Below, piece by piece: positions 45,842-54,362 of a stretch of 64,000 bases of DNA. Numbering within the stretch: position 1 is the first letter of the stretch; each line of letters starts with the position of its first letter. The notes beneath the pieces are model-generated. The model saw only the letters and a list, made by a program, of their open reading frames with translations, was not told where the DNA came from and searched no databases. Origin of the DNA: Gemmatimonadota bacterium (GTDB lineage: Bacteria > Gemmatimonadota > Gemmatimonadetes > Gemmatimonadales > GWC2-71-9); assembly GCA_039586815.1 (NCBI GenBank), contig JBDHJR010000004.1, positions 95,212 through 159,211 of the forward strand. Direction: 5' to 3'. The position numbers and the translations under genes are program-made.

Positions 45842-46734
45842 AGCGCGGGCTGTGGCGTCGCATCAAGGAGGTGGCCCTCACCGACGTCACGGTGCTGGTG
45901 AAGGGGCTCGATCACGACACGCTCGAGGCGATCGAGCGCGTCCTGGTCGAAGCCGACTTCGGGCCGGCGGCGTTCGAGATCACCGAGGAGCTCGAGGCTC
46001 AGCTCAGGCGCGGCAGCCTCAAGTCCGAGAGTGCCGCACGCGCGTGGCTCGAGCATCGCATCGCCGATTACCTGCCGGGCAGTGGCGAGCAGCGCGAGCT
46101 GGACCTGGGCGACGGAGCCGGGCCGGCCGTGATCCTGGTATTGGGCGTGAACGGCGTGGGGAAGACCACGTTCATCGCCAAGCTGGCGCACCGGCTCGGG
46201 CGCCAGGGCAAGAGCGTGATCCTCGCTGCGGCCGATACGTATCGTGCCGGAGCCAGCGAGCAGCTCACCGAGTGGGCCGCGCGCCTGGAGTTGCCGTGTG
46301 TCACCGGCACGCCGGGCGGCGATCCCGCCGCGGTGGCGTTCGACGCCGTGGAAGCGGCCAAGGCACGCAGCATTGACGTGGTCCTGGTGGATACGGCCGG
46401 TCGGCTGCACACGCACGGGGACCTCATGGAGGAACTCAAGAAGATCGCCCGCGTGGTGGAGCGCCGGCGCGACGGCGCGCCGCACGAGAGCTTCCTCGTG
46501 CTCGACGGCACGGTGGGGCAGAACGCGATGCAACAGGGACACGCGTTTGCGGATGCCGTGCCGGTGAGCGGGCTGGTGATCACCAAGCTGGACGGCACCG
46601 CCAAAGGCGGTGCGGTGATTCGGCTGCGCCGCGAGCTGGACGTTCCCATCGCCTTCATCGGGGTGGGTGAAGGGTTGGACGACCTCGAAGTGTTCGACCC
46701 ACAGCGTTTCACGGAGCGCATGTTGGCAGACTGA
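45838..46734 (+). CDS. ftsY: signal recognition particle receptor FtsY (short form)
   Basis: GVNGVGKTTFIAKLA, DTAGRLH, TKLDGTAKGG, GVGEGLDDL. GTG 45838 in a GTGA overlap. Confidence 0.92.
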   Translation: MKRGLWRRIKEVALTDVTVLVKGLDHDTLEAIERVLVEADFGPAAFEITEELEAQLRRGSLKSESAARAWLEHRIADYLPGSGEQRELDLGDGAGPAVILVLGVNGVGKTTFIAKLAHRLGRQGKSVILAAADTYRAGASEQLTEWAARLELPCVTGTPGGDPAAVAFDAVEAAKARSIDVVLVDTAGRLHTHGDLMEELKKIARVVERRRDGAPHESFLVLDGTVGQNAMQQGHAFADAVPVSGLVITKLDGTAKGGAVIRLRRELDVPIAFIGVGEGLDDLEVFDPQRFTERMLAD

Positions 46735-48809
46735 TGCCGGTTCGACTCGATCAGCCCGTGCAGTTCCTCAAGGGGGTTGGCCCGAGGCGGGCCGAGGCGT
46801 TCGCGCGCCTGGGTGTGCGCACCGTGGAAGACCTGCTGTACCACGTGCCGCACCGCTACCTCGACGCTACCACAGTCACACCCATCGCCAAGGCCGACGT
46901 GGGGAAGGACGTGGCCCTGGTGGGTCACGTCGTATCCAAAGCCGTGGTCCCGACGCGGCGTCGCCTCAGGATCTTCCGTGCCGTGCTGAAGGATGCCTCG
47001 GGGGTGATAGAGTGCGCCTGGCCCGGCCAGGCCTTCCTCGACCGGGTGATCAAGCAGGGGCAACTCCTGCTCGTCACCGGCCCGGTCAAGTACTACCACG
47101 GGCGCCAGATCGTGCCGCGCGAGCAGATCGTACTGGCCGAAGAGGGCGAGGGGGCCGAAGCCGAAGAGTTCGGCGGCGGGCTCGTGCTGCCCGTCTATCC
47201 CGCCACGGAGGGACTCACGCACCGGCAGATCCGGCGCGTGGTGGCCGAGCACCTCGAAGCCATGGTCGCCGTCGTAGAAGACGTCACGCCGGTGCCGCTG
47301 GCACGCGAGGCGGGCGTGCCGGGGCTCGAGCAGGCACTCGCGGTGATTCATCGCCCGCCCGCACCCGGTGCGTGGGAAGTGGGCCGTCGCAAGCTCGCGC
47401 TCGACGAGCTGCTCGACCTGCAGCTGGTGGTGGCGCGCGCGCGGCATCTGGCCAAGGGTGCCAAGAAGGGGCCGCACTTCGAGGTCAAGAAGGAACTCAC
47501 CTCCAAGCTCAAGCACACGCTGCCGTTCGAGCTGACGGCGGGGCAGAAGCGGGCGGTGCGCGAGATAACCAAGGACATGGTGGGCGATGCCCGCATGCAC
47601 CGGCTGCTCATGGGAGAGGTGGGGACCGGCAAGACGGTGGTGGCGCTGTTCGCCATGCTGCTGGCCGTGGAAAACGACTATCAGGCGGTGTTCATGGCGC
47701 CCACCGAGCTGCTCGCCGAGCAGCACGCTCGCACGCTCGCCGAGCTGCTCGAGCCACTTGAGATTCAGCCCGAGATCCTCCTCGGGCGGCTCACGGCAGC
47801 GGAGAAGGCCGCGATTCGGGAACGCATCGCCACCGGTGGCGCGCGCGTCATCGTGGGCACGCACGCGCTGATACAGGAGACCACCGACTTCAGCCGCCTC
47901 GGGCTGGTGGTGATCGACGAGCAGCACCGCTTCGGAGTGGAGCAGCGCGCCGCCCTCATAGAGAAGGGAGAAGCGCCCGACGTGCTGCTGCTCTCGGCCA
48001 CGCCCATACCGCGCACGCTGGCGCTCACCCTGTACGGCGACCTCGACATCTCGGCGCTCAAGGAGAAGCCCAAGGGGCGAGCCACGGTGAAGACGGGCGT
48101 GCGCAGCAGCAAGGACCGCGGCAAGATCTACGCGTTCCTGCAGGAGCAGTGTGCCGCCGGCCGTCAGGTGTACGTGGTCTATCCGGTGATCGAGGAGTCG
48201 GAGCGGGTGGATCTCAAGGCGGCGACCACCATGGCGGAGGAGCTGGAACGCAAGCTGGCCCCCCTCAGCGTCGGGCTGGTGCACGGCCGCCTCAAGTCCG
48301 AGGAGCGCGATGACGTCATGCGGCGGTTCCGCGACGGTGAGCTCAACGTGCTGGTGGCGACCACCGTGATCGAGGTGGGCATCGACGTGCCCAACGCAAC
48401 GGTGATGGTGGTCGAGCATCCCGAGCGCTTCGGGCTGGCCCAGCTGCACCAGCTGCGCGGGCGCGTGGGGCGCGGGGCCGAGGAGAGCCACTGCATCCTG
48501 ATCTGCGATCAGCCGGTGGCGCTGCAACGGCTCAAGCGCTTCGCGCGCACCAGCGACGGCTTCAAGATCGCCGAGCTCGACCTCAAGGAGCGCGGCATGG
48601 GGGAGCTGGCCGGCACGCGCCAGGCCGGGGGGTTCCACCTGCGCTTCGCGGACCTGGAGACCGACGGCGACCTGGTGGTGGCTGCCCGGAAAGCCGCGCT
48701 GGCACTGATCGACAAGGACCCCAACCTGTCCAAGCCCGAACAGGCGCGGCTCAGGAGCCGCATCGAGCGGCGCTACGAGCGCGGGATGGAGCTGTTCAGG
48801 GTGGGGTAA
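46734..48809 (+). CDS. recG: ATP-dependent DNA helicase RecG
   Basis: Wedge/OB domain, GEVGTGKTVVA, VIDEQHRFGV, SATPIPRTL, QLHQLRGRVGRG. Confidence 0.95.
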   Translation: MPVRLDQPVQFLKGVGPRRAEAFARLGVRTVEDLLYHVPHRYLDATTVTPIAKADVGKDVALVGHVVSKAVVPTRRRLRIFRAVLKDASGVIECAWPGQAFLDRVIKQGQLLLVTGPVKYYHGRQIVPREQIVLAEEGEGAEAEEFGGGLVLPVYPATEGLTHRQIRRVVAEHLEAMVAVVEDVTPVPLAREAGVPGLEQALAVIHRPPAPGAWEVGRRKLALDELLDLQLVVARARHLAKGAKKGPHFEVKKELTSKLKHTLPFELTAGQKRAVREITKDMVGDARMHRLLMGEVGTGKTVVALFAMLLAVENDYQAVFMAPTELLAEQHARTLAELLEPLEIQPEILLGRLTAAEKAAIRERIATGGARVIVGTHALIQETTDFSRLGLVVIDEQHRFGVEQRAALIEKGEAPDVLLLSATPIPRTLALTLYGDLDISALKEKPKGRATVKTGVRSSKDRGKIYAFLQEQCAAGRQVYVVYPVIEESERVDLKAATTMAEELERKLAPLSVGLVHGRLKSEERDDVMRRFRDGELNVLVATTVIEVGIDVPNATVMVVEHPERFGLAQLHQLRGRVGRGAEESHCILICDQPVALQRLKRFARTSDGFKIAELDLKERGMGELAGTRQAGGFHLRFADLETDGDLVVAARKAALALIDKDPNLSKPEQARLRSRIERRYERGMELFRVG

Positions 48810-49344
48810 GGGATGGCGAGCGCTTGAAGTGGCTCGTGACGAAGAGAACCAGATCCTCCCCCGGGGCGCCCAGAAAGAACTCCTCCACGAACTCGTCCTG
48901 CGAGATCACGGTGTATGCCTCTCGCGCCCGCCACCCCTCGCGGAAGTTCTCGATCGCCTCTGTGTCGAACACGACCCGGTTGCCTTGTGACAATGCGGTG
49001 TCAAGCACGAACCGATTCACGATGCGCTCGTCGTGGAACTGCCGCAGCACCAGGAGTCCGCGGTCACGGTCGAAACTGAAGAAACTCCAGGTGTTGTGGA
49101 TCTCGCCCTCGGGGTTCTGTTCCTGGGGCGGGTACACGCTGCGGTGCCGCTCGTGCAGGTAGGCCCCTTCCAGCACGAACGAGTACGTCCGCGTGATGGT
49201 GGAGCGACCGAAGCGGCCTTCAGCCGTGCCCGTCCATGAGCCTTCGAGGAAGCGCACGGGCTGCCAGGGGTCGTCCTGGGGTGGCCAGTCCGCACCGAGG
49301 CCCATTGCAGGCAAGAGCGCGGCAATGAGCAGCCACGCCGTCAT
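48796..49344 (-). CDS. secreted protein of unknown function (beta-barrel-like; DUF1579/nitrobindin-like guess)
   Basis: Signal peptide MTAWLLIAALLPAMGLGA, then FLEGSWTGTAEG...alternating beta pattern. ATG 49344 in an ATGA overlap with the upstream gene; the track start 49452 lies inside that gene. Confidence 0.55.
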   Translation of the reverse strand: MTAWLLIAALLPAMGLGADWPPQDDPWQPVRFLEGSWTGTAEGRFGRSTITRTYSFVLEGAYLHERHRSVYPPQEQNPEGEIHNTWSFFSFDRDRGLLVLRQFHDERIVNRFVLDTALSQGNRVVFDTEAIENFREGWRAREAYTVISQDEFVEEFFLGAPGEDLVLFVTSHFKRSPSLTPP

Positions 49345-49616
49345 CGGCCGGCGTGCTCCGCGTCCTTCCAGTTCCACCACTTGAGCCGCTCGGCGTCGTG
49401 CACGTCGTTGCTCGCGAAATAAACCGCGCAGCGGAACACGTATAGGACACATCTGTCGATGTGCTCCCCGCGCATTGTGCAGAGACGTTCGTACAGCTCC
49501 TCCGGATCGGCGCCGTCCAGGTCGGCCACCTGCCTAACGTCGAGAGCCAGCAGGTCCTGTGCTATGCTGGGTCCGACACCGGGGATTCGCTGCAGATCGA
49601 CAGAAGTCATGGTCAC
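49341..49616 (-). CDS. helix-hairpin-helix domain protein
   Basis: LQRIPGVGPSIAQDLLALDVRQVADL is a classic HhH motif. 91 aa. Confidence 0.65.
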   Translation of the reverse strand: MTMTSVDLQRIPGVGPSIAQDLLALDVRQVADLDGADPEELYERLCTMRGEHIDRCVLYVFRCAVYFASNDVHDAERLKWWNWKDAEHAGR

Positions 49617-49626
49617 GATCGCGCGC

Positions 49627-49785
49627 TCACTGATACTTGATCGCGTAGTAGATCACGTAGAACCATGAGAAGATGCCGTGGATGATCGCCCAGATGATCG
49701 ACTTGTTGGCGCTCCACGAGATTGCGATTGCGAGAGCGGTGCCGAATCCTATGCCGGCTTTTGCGGCGTCTTTAGAATGAGCCAT
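49627..49785 (-). CDS. 52-aa hydrophobic membrane peptide (below the ORF-track length cut-off)
   Basis: My own translation of the minus strand: MAHSKDAAKAGIGFGTALAIAISWSANKSIIWAIIHGIFSWFYVIYYAIKYQ*. GAGGAG lies 5 nt upstream of the ATG. About 52% GC by hand count, against a much higher surrounding GC. Confidence 0.55.
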   Translation of the reverse strand: MAHSKDAAKAGIGFGTALAIAISWSANKSIIWAIIHGIFSWFYVIYYAIKYQ

Positions 49786-50776
49786 TTACTCCTCGCGGTT
49801 TAGGCGGCCTTGTTGAATGCTGTTCATCGAGCCGCCGCCTGGCAAGCTCGCTGGCGTAGCGAACACCCAGCGTTGCGCGGTGCTCGGCCGCCCACTGGGT
49901 CAGTGCGGTGGTCCCCGCTGGCGCAGCATCGACGTAGAGCCGTCCTTCCATCAGACCCCGGATCTCCTCGCGCGTGATGACCACGTCGCCCTTGAACGCT
50001 CCCACTGCGCGGCCGACCCAGTAGCCGAGCTGTGGCGGGACCGAGACCACGGGGCGGGGGCGACCGATGATCCGGCCGATCGTCTCGGCCAGCTCGCGAT
50101 ACGTGAAGGTCTCCGGCCCGATCGCCTCCACCGTCACGTCGTCGTCGTGCGCTCCGTGTGTGACTGCGAGCCGTGCCAGGTCGTCCACGTAGATCGGCTG
50201 CAGGCGGTACTCTCCGTTGCCGAACACCCCGAAGACCGGGAAGCGGCGCAGCACCCATGCGATGTTGTTGATGAGGATGTCCTCCTTCCCGAACAGCACG
50301 GTGGGTCGCAGGATGGCGTATGACAGACCAGAAGACTTGAGAGCCGCCTCGAGCTCGGCCTTGCCGCTGAAGTATGGGAGGTCGGACTCGACCGACGGAT
50401 TCGTGATGCTGACATGAACCACGCGCCGCACTCCCGCCTCCTGGGCGGCCCGGAAGAGTGCCAGGGTGTTGGCCACGGCCTCGCGATGCTTGAATGTCTT
50501 GTGGTCGAAGCGGACCCAGTAGGTGTTGTAGAGTACTGTCACGCCCCGGAGCGTCTCAGTCAGAGCCGCCAAGTTCTGGAACTGCAGCGGATGGGCCGGC
50601 ACGCGCCCGCCGAAAGGATCGGGGCGGTGGGAGGAGTTCGTGAGGGTTATGACTCGACTACTGGTGTCCAGCAGACGGCGGGCTATGTAGCGTCCGGAGT
50701 AGCCGAACGCGCCGGTGACGGCGTGGAGCTCGGTGTCCAAAGGAGTCTGCCCCTCCGCAGGTGCACGGGCGCGCAT
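49772..50776 (-). CDS. NAD(P)-binding SDR / NmrA-like epimerase-dehydratase family protein
   Basis: Rossmann motif VTGAFGYSGRYIARRLL. Atypical-SDR-like length (334 aa). ATG overlaps the MerB-like stop by 1 nt (TGATG). Confidence 0.75.
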   Translation of the reverse strand: MRARAPAEGQTPLDTELHAVTGAFGYSGRYIARRLLDTSSRVITLTNSSHRPDPFGGRVPAHPLQFQNLAALTETLRGVTVLYNTYWVRFDHKTFKHREAVANTLALFRAAQEAGVRRVVHVSITNPSVESDLPYFSGKAELEAALKSSGLSYAILRPTVLFGKEDILINNIAWVLRRFPVFGVFGNGEYRLQPIYVDDLARLAVTHGAHDDDVTVEAIGPETFTYRELAETIGRIIGRPRPVVSVPPQLGYWVGRAVGAFKGDVVITREEIRGLMEGRLYVDAAPAGTTALTQWAAEHRATLGVRYASELARRRLDEQHSTRPPKPRGVNGSF

Positions 50777-51396
50777 CAGCTGCCGATGACTTCCCGAATC
50801 CGGGCAGCCGCGCTGCGACCCCTCTCCAGTGCCGCTTCGATCGAGCGCACGGTGCCGGGTTCCTCACCGGCGATACTGCGCCACGCCTCCAGATGTGCCG
50901 GGTCACAGAAGAAGTTGGTCTTGGGGCAGTCGTACGCGGCCCCGCTGTCCCAAACGACTGTAGTGGTGGGGGGTGCGTTCGTCACGACGCCCGTCGCGTC
51001 GAGTGCGATTTCGATCGAGACGCCGCAGTGGTGACAGCTCGAGTGAATGCTGCAGGCGGACTCCGCCAAGAACGGTACGTAGAAACAGTCGATCGCGCAC
51101 ATGCAGTAGACGCGCGACCCTGCCTCGAATTGCACCTCGTGCGCCGTCTTCACCGGCGAGTATGGGTACGCGTCGGCAATCCAGCCGGTGGTCGGATCCA
51201 GGCGCACCGCATCGTGCGATGCCAACTCCCTCAGCGCGTCGGTGATCGAAGCTGCATCCAGGCTGAGATCCCGCTGCGCCTCGGCGAGTGCAGGTGCGCG
51301 GCCGAGCCTGGGAAACGCATCCAGCACGTAGCGATAGACGATCACCGTCTGTTCGCTGGGCATGTTGGCTGGGTATCGCGAGAAGGGAGCTTCCAT
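50776..51396 (-). CDS. organomercurial lyase (MerB)-like protein
   Basis: N-terminal wHTH-like region. YCMCAIDCF aligns by eye with the MerB YAWCALDTL (Cys96/Asp99). HSSCHHCG and a later DC...FFCD segment correspond to the Cys117 and Cys159 regions. Start could instead be ATG 51363. Confidence 0.6.
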   Translation of the reverse strand: MEAPFSRYPANMPSEQTVIVYRYVLDAFPRLGRAPALAEAQRDLSLDAASITDALRELASHDAVRLDPTTGWIADAYPYSPVKTAHEVQFEAGSRVYCMCAIDCFYVPFLAESACSIHSSCHHCGVSIEIALDATGVVTNAPPTTTVVWDSGAAYDCPKTNFFCDPAHLEAWRSIAGEEPGTVRSIEAALERGRSAAARIREVIGS

Positions 51397-51612
51397 CAGT
51401 AGGGCAAGTTGTCCGATCCCAGGCCAACGTTATCCGTTTCGGGATCCTCGACGAACTGCACCGCGTCGATCGTGTCTCGACCATGCAACACGGCTTTCGC
51501 GATCCGATGCATGCCATCCATCACGGCTCCGCCGGCCCGATCGTCGGGTCTCAGACCCGACACCGCACCATCTCCGGGACATCCGAAGGTGTAGCCTTCC
51601 GGTAGTCCAACG

Positions 51613-52008
51613 CTACGGTCCGGGCTCGACCCTGGCCCCGCTATCGCTTAGAAGCTGCCTCAAGACCGAGCGGTGGCAGCGATCCTCGTGCTCGCAGTAG
51701 CAGCCCACAGAGAAGTTCGTGGTATGAGACAGCACTGCCAGCAGTGTGAGGGCGTGCTTTGCCTCGGTCGCAGCCATCTCCGCCTTGTACTTCTTCGTGA
51801 ATGCAGCCCATTGCCGCGGCGTTTCCGCCTGCTGCCCGAGCTTCATCGTCTCAGCACTCGGAGCCAGGGTAGGGAACCACACGTCGTACCAGTTCTGCTT
51901 GGAGAATTCCGACTTGGGCACGCCGCGGGGAGGGCGGCGGACGGTTCCGATCCTGGTTCCCTCATCCGGGTGCCGTGGGGTCCCGAGGCGGACAACTCGT
52001 ACACTCAT
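51613..52008 (-). CDS. DUF488-family protein
   Basis: RLGTPRHPDEGTRIGTVRRPPRGV...WFPTLAPS...VGCYCEHEDRCHRSVLRQLL is the characteristic DUF488 pattern. AGGAG lies 5 nt upstream of the ATG. Confidence 0.8.
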   Translation of the reverse strand: MSVRVVRLGTPRHPDEGTRIGTVRRPPRGVPKSEFSKQNWYDVWFPTLAPSAETMKLGQQAETPRQWAAFTKKYKAEMAATEAKHALTLLAVLSHTTNFSVGCYCEHEDRCHRSVLRQLLSDSGARVEPGP

Positions 52009-52094
52009 CTGAGACTCCTAGGTGGTGAAGCTGTCGCTCTCGTCACGAAGAGCTGGCTCGCTGGAGTCAGCACACGCGGAGAAATGTGAGCGTT

Positions 52095-52568
52095 TCACGG
52101 TGCGAAGCGCCCGAGAAAGGCTTTCATCGCCTCCACAACTCGCGCCTTCATTGCCACGACCTCACCCACGACGGCCCGCGCGGGCCCGTCCTCAGATCCC
52201 TCGAGTAGGAAGCGCCAGCCCTCCAGGTCTTCCGAAGCGGTCTCCTCGAGGACCCTGATGACATCGACCGCGCTTCCCGCTCGACGGCAGCGTCGCTCGA
52301 GGAGCTGCGCCACGCGACCGGCTGCCCCCCCCGACGCCTCAACCTCCTCCCGCGCGGCGCGGGACAGTGATGGATCCGCAATCCCGGCGGCACGCCGGGC
52401 CGCTCGCAGACGGTCTCCGAAGTCGGCCTCGAGCTCATTCACGGTCGCGACCAAGTCAGCCAGTTCGCGGAGCGGTTGATCCTGACTCGAATGAGTCAGC
52501 TTGCCCTGGGCGGCTGTGACATACGCGGTGCGAATCACGTACACGGTCGGATGGTCTTCAACGGTCAC
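52095..52568 (-). CDS. hypothetical protein
   Basis: High third-position GC is consistent with coding. GTG 52568 is preceded by GGAG at 7 nt; the track start 52682 adds a Gly/Ser/Cys-rich extension with no SD. No similarity recognised. Confidence 0.35.
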   Translation of the reverse strand: MTVEDHPTVYVIRTAYVTAAQGKLTHSSQDQPLRELADLVATVNELEADFGDRLRAARRAAGIADPSLSRAAREEVEASGGAAGRVAQLLERRCRRAGSAVDVIRVLEETASEDLEGWRFLLEGSEDGPARAVVGEVVAMKARVVEAMKAFLGRFAP

Positions 52569-52788
52569 GACGTCACTCCGTCGTTGAACTTTGCCGGTAG
52601 AGTCGGATATGGGCCGAGCCGCTGCGCTGCCTAACGCCTCTGCGCCTCCGCAGCTGCATGTGCTTCCACCGCTTCCCGCCAAGTTGGCCTCCGGCGTGCA
52701 CTTAGGCCAGAGCCGAAAGGGGGCATCGGGGGTTGCCGGGCGTCAGCCCCCGCCCGTGGGCCTCGCCGCTGCTCCCGCCCCCCTCCTC

Positions 52789-52817
52789 TTGACATATAAG
52801 CGATCATTGATTAAATA
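52789..52817 (+). promoter_or_regulatory. sigma70-like promoter of arsR-arsM (TTGACA-17-TAAATA) with nested palindromes
   Basis: TTGACA 52789-52794, 17-nt spacer, TAAATA 52812-52817. The arsR ATG starts at 52825, 7 nt after the -10. Palindromes ATAAGC(52796-52801)/GCTTAT(52821-52826) and ATCA-T-TGAT (52803-52811). Confidence 0.55.
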
Positions 52818-52824
52818 ACTGCTT

Positions 52825-53151
52825 ATGAATAGCCCACCCACCACCGAACTGGCCTCCGCGGTCGCGCGCCATCGCGCTCTGGGCGACGAGACCCGTCTGC
52901 GCATCCTCCACCTGTTGGTGGGGAGCGAGGTGTGCGTGTGCGACCTGGCCGCCCAGCTCGAGATCACCCAGCCGCTGCTGTCGTTCCACCTGAAGACGCT
53001 GCGCGAGGTGGGACTGGTGCAGGCGCGGCGCGAGGGTCGCTGGATGCATTACTCGATCGATCCGGAGGCGGTGCGGGAGCTGGGGGAAGGGCTCGGGATC
53101 ATCGCCAAGGAGCACAACAAGCGCTCCAAGCTGGCGTTGAAGTGCTGTTGA
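52825..53151 (+). CDS. arsR: ArsR/SmtB-family metalloregulator
   Basis: ALGDETRLRILHLLVGSEVCVCDLAAQLEITQPLLSFHLKTLREVGLV: wHTH with the xCVCDL metal(loid) site. Confidence 0.88.
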   Translation: MNSPPTTELASAVARHRALGDETRLRILHLLVGSEVCVCDLAAQLEITQPLLSFHLKTLREVGLVQARREGRWMHYSIDPEAVRELGEGLGIIAKEHNKRSKLALKCC

Positions 53152-53177
53152 ACCGTGAAGCGAGGAAGGCGCAACAC

Positions 53178-53927
53178 ATGACGGAGAACATCAAGGAAAC
53201 GGTGCGCGATCACTACGCCGAGGCAGCTCGCCAGGCGGCGCAGGGCGACTCGGCCTGCTGCTGCTCCGACACCAAGGGGGGCGAGCCGATCCCCCTGAAT
53301 CTCTACAGTGAAGCGGAGCTCGCCGATCTGCCCGAGAAGGCGCGGCTCGCTTCTCTCGGGTGTGGCAATCCCACGGCACTGGCCGAACTGGAAGAGGGGG
53401 AAGTGGTGCTGGACCTGGGTTCGGGCGGCGGCATCGACGTGCTGCTGTCGGCGCAGCGGGTCGGCCCCGCGGGGAAGGCCTACGGGCTCGACATGACTGA
53501 CGAGATGCTCGACTTGGCGCGCGAGAACCAGCGCAAGGCGGGAGTGGAGAACGTGGAGTTCCTGAAGGGTGAGATGGAGGACATCCCGCTACCCGACGGC
53601 AGCGTGGACGTCATTATCTCCAACTGCGTGATCAACCTGTCGTCCGACAAGGCGCGCGTGATCGAGGAGGCCTTCCGCGTGCTGAAGCCCGGCGGTCGGT
53701 TCGCGGTGAGTGACGTGGTGGCACTGGGTGACCTGCCGGCCGAGGTGCGGCAGAACGCCGCGCTCTGGTCGTCGTGTCTGGGTGGGGCGCTGAAGCAGGG
53801 CGATTACCGCGCCAAGCTGGCTGCTGCCGGGTTCGAGGAGATTGACCTCGAGTCGACACGGAACTTTGAGATCCCGGGCGTCGCCTCCTTCATGAGCGCT
53901 TTCGTGCGGGCGCGCAAGCCGGCCTAA
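53178..53927 (+). CDS. arsM: arsenite S-adenosylmethionine methyltransferase
   Basis: VRDHYAEAA, Cys cluster ACCCS, SLGCGNP, VLDLGSGGGIDV (SAM), ISNCVINLS. ATG 53178 after GAGGAAGG. Confidence 0.85.
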   Translation: MTENIKETVRDHYAEAARQAAQGDSACCCSDTKGGEPIPLNLYSEAELADLPEKARLASLGCGNPTALAELEEGEVVLDLGSGGGIDVLLSAQRVGPAGKAYGLDMTDEMLDLARENQRKAGVENVEFLKGEMEDIPLPDGSVDVIISNCVINLSSDKARVIEEAFRVLKPGGRFAVSDVVALGDLPAEVRQNAALWSSCLGGALKQGDYRAKLAAAGFEEIDLESTRNFEIPGVASFMSAFVRARKPA

Positions 53928-54262
53928 CGCACTATGTCGGCCTTGGCGGCGAGAATGAAGTCGCTCTCCGTGAGGCCGTCGATCTTGTGGGTCCAGATCT
54001 TGAGACCCACCTTGCCCCAGCTCAGGTAGATATCGGGGTGGTGGCCTTCCTCTTCGGCCACCGCCCCGATGCGGTTGGTGAAGGCCAGGGCCTGGGCGAA
54101 GTCGTCGAAGCCGAACTCCTTCTCCAAGTGGTGCTCGTCCACCGCCTGCCACCCACTCCCGAGTATGTCGAGCAGGCTGGAGATCTGATCTGCCTTGAGA
54201 GGCGGCACGCCGCCGCGGCAGGGGACGCAGTGCTTGTCGGCCAGTTCGCTCATGGGCTTCAC
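53924..54262 (-). CDS. phhB: 4a-hydroxytetrahydrobiopterin (pterin-4a-carbinolamine) dehydratase
   Basis: CVPCRGG...L, EEEGHHPDIYLSWGKVGLKIWTHKIDGLTESDF is the family signature. 112 aa. Confidence 0.88.
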   Translation of the reverse strand: MKPMSELADKHCVPCRGGVPPLKADQISSLLDILGSGWQAVDEHHLEKEFGFDDFAQALAFTNRIGAVAEEEGHHPDIYLSWGKVGLKIWTHKIDGLTESDFILAAKADIVR

Positions 54263-54362
54263 CTAGGGGTGCCGGTTAGATGCTGAATGCGAGCGCGCAG
54301 TATAGCAGCGCGCGGGTGTGGTCGTCTACCGCTGAACCGCGGCCGTTCCTGCGAGGTTCCCC

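Noticed and set aside
46068-48638. 856-aa minus-strand ORF antisense to ftsY and recG.
   Set aside because: An antisense shadow of two confidently identified genes. The same applies to 2448-3983, 20237-21880, 24873-26348, 28716-29489, 43685-44743 and 61315-62898 on the minus strand, and to the many alternative-frame + strand ORFs in the track.
51397-51612. 216-bp gap between the MerB-like and DUF488 genes, with hairpins (GTCGGGTC-tca-GACCCGAC at 51543-51561) and several small ORFs (e.g. 51409-51594).
   Set aside because: The small ORFs have implausible Ser/Pro/Arg-rich translations. The hairpins lack U-tracts and could be simple terminator-like or incidental GC structure. There is not enough evidence for an RNA element.
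52569-52682. Longer form of the hypothetical gene starting at 52682.
   Set aside because: The extension is Gly/Ser/Cys/Ala-rich with no SD. GTG 52568 has a GGAG at 7 nt. Even the short form is low confidence.
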